From IMG/VR virus record IMGVR_UViG_3300046788_000140, positions 1 through 34,721 of that record: 34,721 nucleotides of DNA, one strand, 5' to 3'. The notes beneath the pieces were generated by a model. That model worked only from the letters and a program-made list of their open reading frames with translations. It had not been told where the DNA came from and made no database searches. Origin of the DNA: a virus. Its lineage: Duplodnaviria > Caudoviricetes. Both the position numbers and the translations under genes were made by a program. Below are positions 34,504 through 34,721 of the stretch, in pieces. The number at the start of each line of letters is the position of its first letter. Position 1 is the first letter of the stretch.

Positions 34504-34721
34504 ATGAGCGAAGTCGTCACAGGGACACAGGTGCGGATGCGTGTCGTGAAGCGCTTCTCGCACTACAACGTGGGCGAGTTGATCGCGGTGGAGTTTTACG
34601 CAGCGCGCGAACTCCACGCCAAGAGACTGGCACAGCCCCTCGACCTGTTGGTGCCGATGCCAGTCGCCGCAGCGGAGCCGGACGGGTCCCTCCCCCCTTC
34701 CTCCGGTCCGCTGCGGCAGCC
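34504..34721 (+). CDS. Small head-region protein, truncated at window end
   Basis: AAGGA RBS. MSEVVTGTQVRMRVVKRFSHYNVGELIAV... Confidence 0.6.
   Translation, partial: MSEVVTGTQVRMRVVKRFSHYNVGELIAVEFYAARELHAKRLAQPLDLLVPMPVAAAEPDGSLPPSSGPLRQ

Noticed and set aside
1-34721. HK97-like head with Mu-like contractile tail as a novelty
   Set aside because: This combination is already known from SfV/P27/ST64B-like phages.

Overview
High-GC temperate phage genome, circularly permuted in this window and probably of an alphaproteobacterial host (inferred from the GcrA-like HTH and the gene families). No host genes are seen. Order: end of a Mu-like contractile tail and baseplate operon (1-8472, +). A leftward integration and lysogeny cluster with a P4-type tyrosine integrase and a free-standing paralogue of its arm-binding domain (8501-12108, -). 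A candidate attP and promoter region (12110-12380). A long leftward early operon of small ORFs, two ParB/Srx-like proteins, an AlpA-like excisionase, Bet and Gp157-like genes (12381-19826, -). A single small HTH gene and a ~480-bp non-coding control region. Rightward replication and late-regulation genes (20611-23491). An unusual lysis/accessory cassette of an HNH, a Pro-rich protein, a BPSL0067/Tae2-like amidase, a holin candidate and a PEP-CTERM protein. A ParB-like plus glycosyltransferase module, then HK97-like packaging and head genes (27442-34721). All family assignments come from motif recognition by eye; no searches were run.
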